From Parcubacteria group bacterium GW2011_GWD2_42_14 (GTDB taxonomy: Bacteria; Patescibacteriota; Minisyncoccia; Phycocordibacterales; UBA12088): a stretch of 62,811 nucleotides of DNA. A program made the translations under genes and the position numbers. The notes beneath the pieces are model-generated. The model saw only the letters and a list, made by a program, of their open reading frames with translations, was not told where the DNA came from and did no database searches. The DNA is taken from positions 1 through 62,811 of the forward strand of contig LCCS01000002.1 in assembly GCA_000998045.1 (NCBI GenBank). The letters are read 5' to 3'. Below are positions 53,517 through 62,811 of the stretch, piece by piece (within the stretch, counting starts at the first letter, position 1; every line of letters begins with the position of its first letter).

Positions 53517-53938
53517 ATAATATGAAAAGTTTCAAGCCATAGCTAAGATGTTGAATGTCTTTCAATGAGCACGTTTTGCGCATTTCGATTTGAATATTTT
53601 TATAGCAACAAACATATCAAGTATTTAAGCCATATTTTAGCAAGTACAAGAATACCGTCCGTAACTAAGCCATTTTTTTTGCATATTCGAAATGCATCCT
53701 ATAAAGATGTAGATGTTTTTACTTTTCGTAAAGTAATTCCTTTAAATACCTTCAAGTTGTGCTCGGCCTGTTTTATATATTTTAATTATTTTAAATTTTT
53801 ATTACAAAGTTCCTCTTCAATATTTGGCGCAGTGCATGGTGTGGATACCTATTGCGCACTAAATAGCGTACTGTATACTTTTTTCAGACACCACACATCA
53901 CGTGGTTATTACTAGCGATACAAATTAACATATATTCT

Positions 53939-54211
53939 ATGAATAAGGCAGATATTATTGAAAAAGTACATGGTGTACTTGGTGGTACTAAGGCAGACGC
54001 TGAACGTGCTACAGAAACATTTGTTACTTCTGTTGTAGACGCTCTACGTGCAGGTGACGAGGTCTCTATCGCAGGTCTTGGCATATTCTCAACAAAGATG
54101 CGTCCAGCTCGCACAGGACGAAATCCACGCACTGGAGAGTCAATCCAAATTCAAGCTATGCGCGTGCCAAAATTCCGCGCAGCAAAGGGTCTTAAGGATG
54201 CTGTAAAGTAA
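53939..54211 (+). CDS. hup: HU-family DNA-binding protein
   Basis: The product has MNKADIIEKV...GLGIFSTKMRPARTGRNPRTGESIQIQAMRVPKFRAAKGLKDAV. Confidence 0.92.
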   Translation: MNKADIIEKVHGVLGGTKADAERATETFVTSVVDALRAGDEVSIAGLGIFSTKMRPARTGRNPRTGESIQIQAMRVPKFRAAKGLKDAVK

Positions 54212-54225
54212 ACGTAAGAGATAGT

Positions 54226-54261
54226 AAACACAAAACCCGCTCACGAGCGGGTTTTGTGTTT
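54226..54261 (+). terminator. hup terminator
   Basis: AAACACAAAACCCGC, a TCACGA loop, then GCGGGTTTTGTGTTT. Confidence 0.8.
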
Positions 54262-54448
54262 TGTGTTTACATTTCCCACCTAAGGAGGTAAGTGGAATGA
54301 TGTGAGTAATGTCATGAGTACTTTTCCAAGGATTTGTATTGCTTACGCTTCTTGTATCAATATGTAGTTATTTGAAGCAGAGTGAATGAAATGTAAATAA
54401 AAGAATGTCAGTATCTTGAGATACTGACTTTCTTAAAACAATACTGTC

Positions 54449-54883
54449 TTACAACACAATACGTCCTGTTGGTTTTTTGTTCAGGGAGTTATGTAGACTT
54501 CTTAGATGTGTAAGAAATTTTTCTTGAGCATTTTCATCTGGAACATTGTCAAGTGCTTTGATACAAGCAAGCATTTTATTTGTGGCGAAAGTAAAGCCAG
54601 AAATGCTTACTTGACCTTTCGAAAGGCTATCACATGCTGTACTACCCAATATTTTCGACACGATGTTTTGTATCGAAATAATAGTCTGTACAAAGTTATG
54701 ACAGTTCGTAAAGTGAAATGTCTCACAACTGGCACAAGGTAACTGTTTTTCTCTTTTTTTTCTGCAGCGCACCATGCAGGACAGTGCTTTCTCCAGTGCA
54801 TTTTTTAAAATGCTAGTATTCAAGATTCCACCACCTAGGTCGATTTGTGTTACACAGTTTTCCTTCGTACAAGTGTCATACAT
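54449..54883 (-). CDS. hypothetical Cys-rich protein
   Basis: The 144-aa ORF has about 11 Cys residues and an AAAGGTGAG Shine-Dalgarno site upstream. Confidence 0.5.
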   Translation of the reverse strand: MYDTCTKENCVTQIDLGGGILNTSILKNALEKALSCMVRCRKKREKQLPCASCETFHFTNCHNFVQTIISIQNIVSKILGSTACDSLSKGQVSISGFTFATNKMLACIKALDNVPDENAQEKFLTHLRSLHNSLNKKPTGRIVL

Positions 54884-55045
54884 GGGCTCACCTTTTGGAG
54901 TTTTAGTGTTTGATTTATGTACCTGGTTATAACCTGTAGTGATTGTTCATCTTTCTAGTCCAAGATTATAGTAATTATTAAGTTTGTCAACACTGCACTG
55001 CTACTAGAGCAATCCCTTCGGGCTGTACAGTACAAGGGAGTCTGC

Positions 55046-56182
55046 TCACGGCTTCAAATATTTTTTGTTCTTGATTTTATTTGGTAGAAATGAGACTGAT
55101 TCTTCGGGGTACATTTCATATCCCGCTCCGTACCCTTCATTTTTCATGAGCTTCGTGGGAGCGTTGCGGATAATAAGAGGTATGGGAAGGTTGCCGTACT
55201 GCTCCACATCATGGAGTGCTTCACCGATGCCGTCATACACCCGTCGGTCTTTCTTAGCTTGTGCTAGGTATACAGCACCATGTGCAAGGTTTATCCGGCA
55301 TTCAGGAAGCCCGATGGTTTCACAGGCTCTAAATACTTCATTTGCCACCACGAGGGCTGTGGGTTGTGCGAGACCTACATCTTCACTCGCAAAAATAACC
55401 ATTCTGCGTGCTATGAACTTAGGATCTTCCCCAGAGGCTATCATGCGCGCAAGGTAGTAGAGTGCGGCATCAGGAGTACTTGCACGCATGCTTTTGATAA
55501 ATGCACTAATGGTGTTGTGGTGCTCTTCTGCGTGTTTGTCGTACCGGAGGCGTTTATCTTGAAGTGATGAAGCCAGTGTCTCCTCGGTCACTTTGCCGTA
55601 GAGTTGTTGAGCGTTTTCAACTATGGCGAGTGCTTGGCGAGCATCACCGTTGGCTCGGTCAACTATCCAAGTGGTGGCCTTTTTTGAAAGTTTGATATCA
55701 ATTCGTGAAAGAATTTCCACAAGGTCTTCATCGGTTAGTTCTTTCAAAGTAAACACGCGACAACGAGAAAGGAGTGCGGGTATAACCTCGAAGCTCGGGT
55801 TTTCAGTGGTCGCACCAATAAGAGTGAGTGCCCCCGATTCAACATAGGGTAGCAAGAAGTCCTGCTGTGCTTTGTTGAAGCGGTGTATTTCATCAAGAAA
55901 CAGCAGTTTTGATCGTGGGTCAGCGGAGTCATCAACAATTTTTCGGATATCTGCCTTACCCGCAGAAACCGCAGAGAGTTCAAAGAGAGAAGCTTCAAGC
56001 GCTGAAGCGTATATGCGCGCGAGGGTCGTTTTACCAACTCCAGGAGGACCCCACAGGACAAAAGAGAAGAGATGTTTCCTCGAAATAGCCTCACGAAGAG
56101 GTCCTCCTTCTCCAACTAAATGAGTTTGACCAACAAATGTTTGGAGTGAGGAGGGTCGTAGTTTGTGCGCGAGAGGTTCCAT
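55046..56182 (-). CDS. rarA: replication-associated recombination protein A (AAA+ ATPase)
   Basis: The product has [30 protein letters not shown] and [15 protein letters not shown]. Confidence 0.88.
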   Translation of the reverse strand: MEPLAHKLRPSSLQTFVGQTHLVGEGGPLREAISRKHLFSFVLWGPPGVGKTTLARIYASALEASLFELSAVSAGKADIRKIVDDSADPRSKLLFLDEIHRFNKAQQDFLLPYVESGALTLIGATTENPSFEVIPALLSRCRVFTLKELTDEDLVEILSRIDIKLSKKATTWIVDRANGDARQALAIVENAQQLYGKVTEETLASSLQDKRLRYDKHAEEHHNTISAFIKSMRASTPDAALYYLARMIASGEDPKFIARRMVIFASEDVGLAQPTALVVANEVFRACETIGLPECRINLAHGAVYLAQAKKDRRVYDGIGEALHDVEQYGNLPIPLIIRNAPTKLMKNEGYGAGYEMYPEESVSFLPNKIKNKKYLKP

Positions 56183-56385
56183 CTAGTTAATATACGCTTG
56201 TTGTGTAACCCAAGCACGTGTTGACAAGTTATAAAATATAGTAGATAATATACAAAGTACTATATTAAATATGTATCGTCTCTTTCGGCCTTTGTGCAAA
56301 TGATTTGTGCGTAGTCCAGAGGAGGTGATTTACTAGGGATCTTTAGCTCTTTTGCTAATCCGGCCTTCTCGCAACCATTCTAGAT

Positions 56386-56574
56386 ATGAGGATAAATCGT
56401 GCGATAGGACTAGGAATTGGCATCCTAGTTCTTCAAATGGTTATGTCAGAGGTATTTCGTGGTTTCGAGGAAACACTCCTCGCCACGTTTGATACTACTC
56501 AAGCAGCACTCAGTGCTGTCGAGCAAGGTATATCCACTACCTCAATACAAACCCTCGCACCTCGCGTGCGATAA
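56386..56574 (+). CDS. small hydrophobic protein (uncertain)
   Basis: The 62-aa ORF is followed at once by a strong terminator. A TTGACA-N17-GATAAT promoter lies at 56221-56249. No Shine-Dalgarno site is visible. Confidence 0.35.
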   Translation: MRINRAIGLGIGILVLQMVMSEVFRGFEETLLATFDTTQAALSAVEQGISTTSIQTLAPRVR

Positions 56575-56580
56575 CCATAC

Positions 56581-56610
56581 AAACCCCCGGGACTTTCGTC
56601 TCGGGGGTTT
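56581..56610 (+). terminator. rho-independent terminator
   Basis: The sequence is AAACCCCCGGGACTTTCGTCTCGGGGGTTT. Confidence 0.75.
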
Positions 56611-56626
56611 CTAGTATTTCGGATTT

Positions 56627-57106
56627 TTAACGTTGAAACAAAAATTCGGCGTCAGGCTTCAAGAGGGAATCACATTTTAAGGGTTCTGCACGAATCCAAA
56701 CTGTGGTTTTCGAAACAGTCAGCACAAACGTGTACGCCGTACCTTTGTGGTTTATTGTTTTCATACCGGCATACAAAAACCGATTTTCGCTCTGCTTTTT
56801 ATACCGTACACGCAGTATGAGTGGCGTATCAGAATGAATGAGACGCAGTCCGGATCTTTCAGCTGCATTAAAAAAGGTGCCCTGATAGGCATCAGATGCT
56901 TTGAGTCCGAGTCTACCCGGGGTTATGGTTTCAAGGTTTAACTTGTGTACATTTTTGCATGCAGTATAGTTCGGACTCTCGAGTATTTCTCGTACAACTG
57001 GTTCAATCTGCACACAACTTTTCTCCAGTGCATTTAAAATTTTGAGTCCTGAATTATAAGCAAATCCCCCAATTTCAAAATTCGGCCATACACTTGTGTA
57101 AGGCAT
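56627..57106 (-). CDS. hypothetical protein
   Basis: ATG 57106 (MPYTSVW) is preceded by GGGGGA. I recognise no domain. Confidence 0.5.
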   Translation of the reverse strand: MPYTSVWPNFEIGGFAYNSGLKILNALEKSCVQIEPVVREILESPNYTACKNVHKLNLETITPGRLGLKASDAYQGTFFNAAERSGLRLIHSDTPLILRVRYKKQSENRFLYAGMKTINHKGTAYTFVLTVSKTTVWIRAEPLKCDSLLKPDAEFLFQR

Positions 57107-57198
57107 ACCATCCCCCTTTCTGTAAAATAATTGCAATAGTACTTCAACCTACCTTGATGTTAGCATGAGTGGGGTATAAAGGTCACGAGAGGAGAGTA

Positions 57199-57393
57199 TT
57201 ACTTTCTAGAATGAATGGATTCTAAATCTTTTATAGCTATGATTAATGATTGTATTTCTTCTACTTTTGCAGACAATGCGGTGTTTAGTTCAATAGTGTT
57301 AAGTGGAATAGAATCATTCTCAAAGTCATCACTTTTACCAGGCAGAACAAAAATATTTCCCGACTTTGGAAACTTACCAAGTGAAATTTTCAT
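57199..57393 (-). CDS. small hypothetical protein (uncertain)
   Basis: The internal ATG 57393 gives a 64-aa product starting MKISLGKFPKSGN. The upstream part of the track ORF is antisense to tRNA-Gly. Confidence 0.3.
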   Translation of the reverse strand: MKISLGKFPKSGNIFVLPGKSDDFENDSIPLNTIELNTALSAKVEEIQSLIIAIKDLESIHSRK

Positions 57394-57425
57394 ACCTTCT
57401 TTTGTGTACAAGGTCTTTGTGTGTG

Positions 57426-57496
57426 TGCGGGTAGGGGGAATCGAACTCCCGTCTACTGCTTGGAAGGCAGTCATTCTACCACTAAACTATACCCGC
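57426..57496 (-). tRNA. tRNA-Gly(TCC)
   Basis: The reverse complement folds as GCGGGTA..., with anticodon loop CTTCCAA and T arm GGGAG-TTCGATT-CCCCC. Confidence 0.88.
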
Positions 57497-57585
57497 ATTA
57501 TTTGTATTCATCGCCTTAGAATGTGCGATGCATATTATCCTACCAGAAAACCCTGCATTTCGCACGCAGGATTTTCTGTAAAAGT

Positions 57586-58188
57586 TTAGTTCGTCTTGTA
57601 CACCTGGTCAATAATGCCGTACTTCTTTGCTTCCTGTGCGGTCATAAAGAAGTCGCGATCAACGTCTTTCTCAACTTGGTCCAAATCTTTGCCGCTATTT
57701 TCTGCAAGAATTCTGTTCAAACGGTCGCGTGTTGCGAGGATGTGTTTTGCGGTTATCTCTATGTCTGTTGCTTGACCTTGCACGCCACCCCAAGGTTGAT
57801 GAATCATGATTTCACTATTAGGTAGTGCGAAGCGCTTACCTTTTTTACCTGCAGAGAGAATCACAGAGCCCATACTGGCAGCGATACCAACGCATACCGT
57901 AGAAACGTCTGGCTTCACAAAGTTCATGGTGTCGAGTATTGCAAGTCCTGCGGTCACGGATCCTCCTGGTGAGTTTATGTAAAGTTGGATATCCTTCTTT
58001 GGGTCTTCTGAGGAGAGAAAAAGTAACTGGGCAATAACTAAATTAGCTGTGTAATCGTCAACAGGTCCGCCAATAAAGAGAATACGCTCTTTAAGGAGTC
58101 GGGAGTAAATATCATAAGCTCGTTCACCAAATTGGGTTTTTTCTATAACCATGGGAACCAAGTTTGCTTGAATGTTTTCTTCTTTCAT
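57586..58188 (-). CDS. clpP: ATP-dependent Clp protease proteolytic subunit
   Basis: The product has [22 protein letters not shown]...[11 protein letters not shown]...MIHQPWGG. Confidence 0.95.
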   Translation of the reverse strand: MKEENIQANLVPMVIEKTQFGERAYDIYSRLLKERILFIGGPVDDYTANLVIAQLLFLSSEDPKKDIQLYINSPGGSVTAGLAILDTMNFVKPDVSTVCVGIAASMGSVILSAGKKGKRFALPNSEIMIHQPWGGVQGQATDIEITAKHILATRDRLNRILAENSGKDLDQVEKDVDRDFFMTAQEAKKYGIIDQVYKTN

Positions 58189-58344
58189 GCCGTTTGAAAT
58201 TATCTGATAAATTTAAGTTAAATGTATTGTTTTCGTTATGTATATTCTTGGACGAGTATTCGCTAGTGTACGTTATTTTGACAAAATCGCAAGGTGTGTT
58301 TTGACAACACAATGCTTACGGCGGGCAAGCTTTTACTATTAGAG

Positions 58345-58390
58345 CCCGTACTCGTCACTCGTTACTCAGAACTCAGTAACTCGCTTACTT
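58345..58390 (-). repeat. GAG-stop type post-stop repeat
   Basis: The mRNA sense reads AAGTAAGCGAGTTACTGAGTTCTGAGTAACGAGTGACGAGTACGGG, directly after the stop of the M50 gene. Confidence 0.7.
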
Positions 58391-59038
58391 TTAACTAAAA
58401 GGAGAAGGGTGTCCCGTAAAAAGTGTATATATGGATGTCAGTGCCAAAAAGAAGTAACCGCCGACCAATTGCATCATAAGCCAAAAGAATAGCAAAGTGA
58501 TAAGAATACCTCCTGACATGAGGAGTGTTTCGAAACGTTGGAATGCCAAACTTGCTCGGTAGGGAAGGATTGACTTAAGAAGTTTCGATCCATCAAGAGG
58601 TGGAATAGGGATGAGGTTGAAGAAAGCAAGCATGATGTTGATAAATACGACGACACCCGCAAGCTCTATAAAGGCGGGAGGGAGAGCACCAGTCCCAAAT
58701 CGGACCACCGTACCAAACACAAGTGCAAGGAGGATGTTGACGCCAGGGCCAGCAGCAGCAACTATCGCCTCACCCCATTTTTGATTCCTAAGGTTGTAGG
58801 GGTTGTAAGGAACTGGTTTTGCCCATCCGAAAAGAAATCCAGTGTTTGCAAATACAAGTATTGCTGGAATGAGTACAGAGCCAATGGGATCAATGTGGGG
58901 GATAGGGTTCAGGGTGAGTCTGCCTTGTAGACGTGCTGTGGGGTCACCTTGGAGCTCAGCAGCAAAGCCATGACTGACCTCGTGGACAATAATAGAGAAT
59001 ATGAGTGCGAGTAAGAAGAAAATGAGTAAAGGGTCCAT
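58391..59038 (-). CDS. M50-family (site-2 protease-like) zinc metalloprotease
   Basis: The HExxH motif is IVHEVSHGFAA. The protein is polytopic and has LIPIPPLDGSKLL. Confidence 0.75.
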   Translation of the reverse strand: MDPLLIFFLLALIFSIIVHEVSHGFAAELQGDPTARLQGRLTLNPIPHIDPIGSVLIPAILVFANTGFLFGWAKPVPYNPYNLRNQKWGEAIVAAAGPGVNILLALVFGTVVRFGTGALPPAFIELAGVVVFINIMLAFFNLIPIPPLDGSKLLKSILPYRASLAFQRFETLLMSGGILITLLFFWLMMQLVGGYFFLALTSIYTLFTGHPSPFS

Positions 59039-59114
59039 AATTGTGTTCTTGTATATTAGCAGTGGGTAGATATCTTGCAAATCGTTCGTTGTATGGTACC
59101 ATGCGAGGACTTTT

Positions 59115-59357
59115 ATGGCGAAGCAATGTCCAATAACACATAAGACCTCACAAGTTGGTGGAAGCTACAGCAACCGTATTCGTGCTACACAATTTAACCC
59201 AACTGGTAAGCGTCGCCGACAGGTAAACCTTATTACTCAACGTATTTACGTTCCTGAGCTCGCAAAGCACATCAAGGTAACAGTATCCACAAAAGCACTT
59301 AAAACCATAAACAAAAATGGTGCGTATAAAACGTTGAAAAAAGCAGGTTTGGTGTAA
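59115..59357 (+). CDS. rpmB: 50S ribosomal protein L28
   Basis: The product has MAKQCPITHKTSQVGGSYSNRIRATQFNPTGKRRRQVNL. A terminator follows at 59384-59407. Confidence 0.93.
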   Translation: MAKQCPITHKTSQVGGSYSNRIRATQFNPTGKRRRQVNLITQRIYVPELAKHIKVTVSTKALKTINKNGAYKTLKKAGLV

Positions 59358-59517
59358 AACCACGTTTTACTTAGTATCTCAAAAATCCTTTCAAGGATTA
59401 TTTTTTTACCTCATGGAGTTACTTATTACGTAAACGATTGACATGCACACTAATATACCTAGTATGAGGTGTAGAATTAATTTTTCCTGAGAATAATCTT
59501 AACGAGTGGAGGAATAC

Positions 59518-59724
59518 GTGGTAGAAATTTCTGCAGGAATTATGCTTGTGTGGAGATGGTGTGGTCTGTGCTTTTTCCTTGGAATCGTTGCATCCTATCT
59601 TTTGTGGATATGCACCGATACAGATAGAAGAAGTCACTTCGCATTAAAATTGAGCATGACGTGCGGGGTACTTCTCATTTTGTGGACTGCTTTTTGGGTA
59701 CGACGAGGACTCCTTGCTTTTTAA
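59518..59724 (+). CDS. small membrane protein (uncertain)
   Basis: A TTGACA-N16-TAGTAT promoter lies at 59438-59465, and GGAGG sits 4 nt before GTG 59518. Two hydrophobic helices are visible. Confidence 0.4.
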   Translation: MVEISAGIMLVWRWCGLCFFLGIVASYLLWICTDTDRRSHFALKLSMTCGVLLILWTAFWVRRGLLAF

Positions 59725-59842
59725 CGAAAATATTCTACTCCTTTAGTTTTTTGTAGAAATAAGCCCTCCAGACCCCCACACTGGGGGTCGTGTTGTGTCA
59801 ACATTTAGCCCTCGTCCGTGCCTCGTGATACACTACTAGGTA

Positions 59843-60610
59843 ATGTCAAACGTAATTCTTATCGCAAATTGGAAAATGAATCCGAAGACCTCTGTGGAGG
59901 CCAAAAAAATATTTTCTGGAATACAAAAAGATTTAGTAAAAATGAATGGAGTTGACGTATGTATTTGTGCGCCAACTATTTTTTTACCAGAATTATCGAA
60001 ACTCCTTAAGAGTAAAAAAGTAAGTCTTGGTGTTCAAGATGTATTTTACGAAGGTACAGGTGCGTATACTGGGCAAACTTCTCCAGAGATGGTTAAGCCA
60101 TTTAAAGTTACGCATACCATACTTGGACATAGTGAACGACGAGAGTTAGGAGAAAGCAACGAATTTGTAGCACGTAAGGTACACTATGCTGTAAGCAAAG
60201 GCATGACCGTTGTGCTGTGCGTAGGGGAGCGGGAACGAACAGACGAGGGAGGGTACTTTACCTTCATTCGTGATGAGCTTGAAGCCGTCTTGTCCGGTAT
60301 GAAACGGGCAGATTTGAAAAAAATAATGATAGCGTATGAACCTATTTGGGCTATTGGAAAGCGAGCAGAAGAGGCACTCGACGTGACGTCTCTGTATGAA
60401 ATGGTTCTTTTTATACGCAAAATTCTTACCGAGCATTTTGGTCGTGCTCCTGCACAAAAGGTGCCAATTCTCTATGGGGCGGCTGTCAAAGTAGATAATG
60501 CGCCGCAGTTTATTGCAGAAGGGGGCGTGAATGGACTGCTCGTGGGAAGTGCGTCACTTGATCCAAAACAATTTATAGGCATTAGTAAAGCAATAGTAAC
60601 AAAAAAATAA
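59843..60610 (+). CDS. tpiA: triosephosphate isomerase
   Basis: The product has LIANWKMN, ILGHSERR and AYEPIWAIG. Confidence 0.93.
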   Translation: MSNVILIANWKMNPKTSVEAKKIFSGIQKDLVKMNGVDVCICAPTIFLPELSKLLKSKKVSLGVQDVFYEGTGAYTGQTSPEMVKPFKVTHTILGHSERRELGESNEFVARKVHYAVSKGMTVVLCVGERERTDEGGYFTFIRDELEAVLSGMKRADLKKIMIAYEPIWAIGKRAEEALDVTSLYEMVLFIRKILTEHFGRAPAQKVPILYGAAVKVDNAPQFIAEGGVNGLLVGSASLDPKQFIGISKAIVTKK

Positions 60611-60611
60611 T

Positions 60612-61757
60612 ATGGCAGTGTTTCGTACATTAGAGGACATGGGAGATGTTCGGGGTAAACGGGTATTAGTTCGTAGCGAGCTTAATACACCTATAGAACA
60701 TGGTGCAGTATCTGATACGTACCGCATTGAAAAAGCTGTACCAACTTTGAAGTGGCTGAGTGGTCGCGGGGCGCGAGTTATCGTTATGGCACATCTAGGG
60801 CGTAATCCGAGTGATTCTTTAAAGCCAGTCTATGCGGTACTCTCGACACTCATACCACACGCGCAATTCGTTGCTGACGTAGTTGGTGAGGAGGCACAGA
60901 GTGCAGTTATGGGTCTTGAGGATGGTGAGGTGCTCCTTCTCGAAAACCTCAGAAGTCATCCAGGCGAAAAGGAAAATAATCCCGAATTTGCAAAAATACT
61001 TGCGTCATATGCTGATTACTATGTTGACGATGCATTTGGAAATGCACATAGGGCTGATGCAAGCATGGTTAGTGTTCCCGCACTCATACCTTCATTTGCA
61101 GGACTTTGCATGGAGCAGGAACTTACTGAGTTGAAAAAAGGTCTCACTCCAGAAAGCCCTTCGTTGTTTATTCTTGGTGGCGCTAAGTTTGAAACAAAAG
61201 AGGCGCTTCTTGAAGCGATACTTCCACGATACGACACAGTATATATAGGAGGCGCGCTTGCGAATGATTTTCTTAAAGCACAGGGTTTTGAGGTAGGACA
61301 ATCGCTCATATCAGAAAATGCAGAAAAAGCAGGAGCACTATTGGTAAGTGGTAAACTCTTGTTCCCCAAAGACGTGCTTGTGAAAAACAAAAATGGCACG
61401 GAAACGAAACATGTTGAGGAAGTCGGTGTCGAAGATACTATTGTCGATATAGGTCCAGAAAGTATCACTGAGCTCTGCGAACGAATACAGGGTGCTAAGT
61501 GTGTTCTCTGGAATGGACCCATGGGACTCTTTGAAGAAGGGTATGTTGAAAGTACGAAGCAAATAGTTGAGCATATAGCAAACGCAGATGGATACTCAAT
61601 CGTTGGAGGTGGCGATACTGTTGCTGCAATTCGTGAACTCAAGCTTGAAGATAAGATGGGCTTTCTCTCCACAGGTGGAGGTGCAATGCTCGACTACCTC
61701 GTCGATGGGAAGTTGCCAGGGGTGGAGGCGCTTGAGTCGGCGCCGACACGGAGTTAA
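60612..61757 (+). CDS. pgk: phosphoglycerate kinase
   Basis: The product has VLVRSELNTP, HLGRN, VDDAFGNAHR, WNGPMGLFE and STGGGAMLDYL. Confidence 0.95.
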   Translation: MAVFRTLEDMGDVRGKRVLVRSELNTPIEHGAVSDTYRIEKAVPTLKWLSGRGARVIVMAHLGRNPSDSLKPVYAVLSTLIPHAQFVADVVGEEAQSAVMGLEDGEVLLLENLRSHPGEKENNPEFAKILASYADYYVDDAFGNAHRADASMVSVPALIPSFAGLCMEQELTELKKGLTPESPSLFILGGAKFETKEALLEAILPRYDTVYIGGALANDFLKAQGFEVGQSLISENAEKAGALLVSGKLLFPKDVLVKNKNGTETKHVEEVGVEDTIVDIGPESITELCERIQGAKCVLWNGPMGLFEEGYVESTKQIVEHIANADGYSIVGGGDTVAAIRELKLEDKMGFLSTGGGAMLDYLVDGKLPGVEALESAPTRS

Positions 61758-61784
61758 ATGTTGAAAGTTAATAATGTTGAAAGT
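61758..61784 (+). repeat. AAAGTT-type post-stop repeat
   Basis: ATGTTGAAAGTTAATAATGTTGAAAGT starts at the first nucleotide after the pgk stop. Confidence 0.75.
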
Positions 61785-61819
61785 ACACAAGCCCGCATAC
61801 GCGGGCTTGTGTTGTTTTT
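61785..61819 (+). terminator. pgk terminator
   Basis: ACACAAGCCCGC, an ATAC loop, GCGGGCTTGTGT, then TGTTTTT. Confidence 0.8.
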
Positions 61820-61993
61820 GGCAGTGGACACCTCCACTACACACTCATGCTCTACGGAGAACGAGTTGACCCGTATGGGTGGGTAGGAAGTGGAAATGAC
61901 CCGGCAAGGCCGTTTGCGGTAAACGTACGATTGTGGAAATAATTTTGAAACTTGTTCTTTACAAAATTCTCTGCTTGAGGAGCAGGGAATTTT

Positions 61994-62668
61994 CTATTGT
62001 GGAGAGGAGGTTGCGGTGTCGAGGAAACGGAGTGTGGTGAGGATGGTTTCTAGTAACTCTCTCCATTTACTATCTCCTGTGACCTCAAAGCGTTTTGAAT
62101 CATGATAGACATTTAATGTAATTCCGTTTTCTGTCTCTGCCCACATTGCTTCATTTCCGTTCACAATATAAAATCTCACAGGAACAAGTTTTGTTTTCGT
62201 AAATGATTGTGCTAAATCACGGACGTTAGTATATTCACTATAATATGTACCAAAACTTTCTTGATTTGCGTTAATTCGTATACTTCTTCTTCCCGAGGTA
62301 GTAAAACGATCTGTGTCTGGTTTCCATTCTGCAATTACTACATTATCACCAACACACGGAGTTTCGTACGTATATTCAGTATATATTCCATCACCGTGAC
62401 TTCCTTCTCCATACACAAACCACTCCGCAGGATATTTCACCTCCCACCCATACTCCTCATTTCGACATGTCTTCCATCCTTCTGTACTCACCTTCGCTTC
62501 TGGAACAAGGGGTTCCATGTCGAATAAGTTTTCAGTTGTCGTTGCTGTATTTGTTTGAACTGGTTCTGTGGTTGGTGCCTGAACATCTTTCTCGAAAATA
62601 AACGCCCTTGCGCTAAGTAGCAGTACGAGTATAAATAGAAAAACGGGTGCGAGGTGTTGTTTTTGCAT
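61994..62668 (-). CDS. secreted hypothetical protein
   Basis: It has a signal peptide (LAPVFLFILVLLLSARA). I recognise no domain. Confidence 0.55.
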   Translation of the reverse strand: MQKQHLAPVFLFILVLLLSARAFIFEKDVQAPTTEPVQTNTATTTENLFDMEPLVPEAKVSTEGWKTCRNEEYGWEVKYPAEWFVYGEGSHGDGIYTEYTYETPCVGDNVVIAEWKPDTDRFTTSGRRSIRINANQESFGTYYSEYTNVRDLAQSFTKTKLVPVRFYIVNGNEAMWAETENGITLNVYHDSKRFEVTGDSKWRELLETILTTLRFLDTATSSPQ

Positions 62669-62732
62669 ATTCTTATGCTATCACAAGTATAAAAAGATGC
62701 TGAATAGTTTAATTCTACTTGGTCTCAACGTT

Positions 62733-62811
62733 TTAATGCAACAGTTTTGCTAATGCTTCGTATGGTGTCTTCCAGTCTAGCACTTTTCTTGGACGAGTGT
62801 TGAGGAGGAAT
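62733..62811 (-). CDS. 3' end of an IS30-family transposase gene; partial and running off the window
   Basis: The reverse-complement translation is FLLNTRPRKVLDWKTPYEALAKLLH*. This matches the conserved LNxRPRKxLxxxTPxE C-terminus of IS30 transposases. Confidence 0.6.
   Translation of the reverse strand, partial: FLLNTRPRKVLDWKTPYEALAKLLH

Noticed and set aside
53565-53915. A 116-aa ORF upstream of hup.
   Set aside because: It is an ORF produced by AT-rich sequence, with low-complexity Phe/Tyr/Asn/Lys composition and no Shine-Dalgarno site or promoter context.
54282-54305. A strong AAGGAGG followed 8 nt later by ATG ATG TGA, a two-codon mini-ORF after the hup terminator.
   Set aside because: It may be a start-stop regulatory element. 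With a single instance and no downstream plus-strand gene, I cannot support a function.
23459-61784. The AAAGTT and other short repeats as a CRISPR array.
   Set aside because: The copies are dispersed over 38 kb, each at a gene's 3' end. They have no regular repeat-spacer periodicity and there are no cas genes.

Overview
The window reads as a chromosomal segment around the replication origin of a small-genome, CPR/Patescibacteria-like bacterium. That assignment is an inference from gene content: dnaN-dnaA, rpmH-rnpA-yidC-jag, an ECF sigma factor with a DUF5667 partner, a PrgI-like protein and a T4SS-type pilin. The standard genetic code applies, since TGA is used as a stop. Housekeeping genes are rsmA, pcrA, add, comM, pnp, rpsO, xth, cca, rny, hup, rarA, clpP, rpmB, tpiA and pgk, plus four tRNAs.

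The main accessory content is:
1. An 11.5-kb, 11-gene minus-strand operon (9277-20849) encoding a minimal Gram-positive-style type IV secretion-like apparatus. It has a VirB4 ATPase with a separately encoded N-terminal piece, a PrgI/VirB3-like protein, a VirB6-like polytopic protein and a VirB2-like pilin. It also has unusual partners and no coupling protein or relaxase in the window.
2. A roughly 6-kb accessory stretch (41.5-47.2 kb) bounded by tRNA-Arg and tRNA-Pro. Each tRNA is followed by a long perfect palindrome that includes its 3' end, and then by a conserved structured element of about 90 nt ending in a degenerate tRNA 3' half.
3. A complete IS1595-family element with 25-bp terminal inverted repeats, an 8-bp target duplication and a DUF3800 passenger gene.
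4. Several dispersed repeat families: 125-bp MITE-like palindromic elements, AAAGTT-type repeats just after stop codons, GAG-stop repeats, and a 16-bp palindrome clustered around cca.

The left 1.4 kb is compositionally foreign and ends in a frame and composition break, so it may be a chimeric join. The right edge ends in an IS30-family transposase fragment. All product calls come from reading motifs by eye, and no database search was run.
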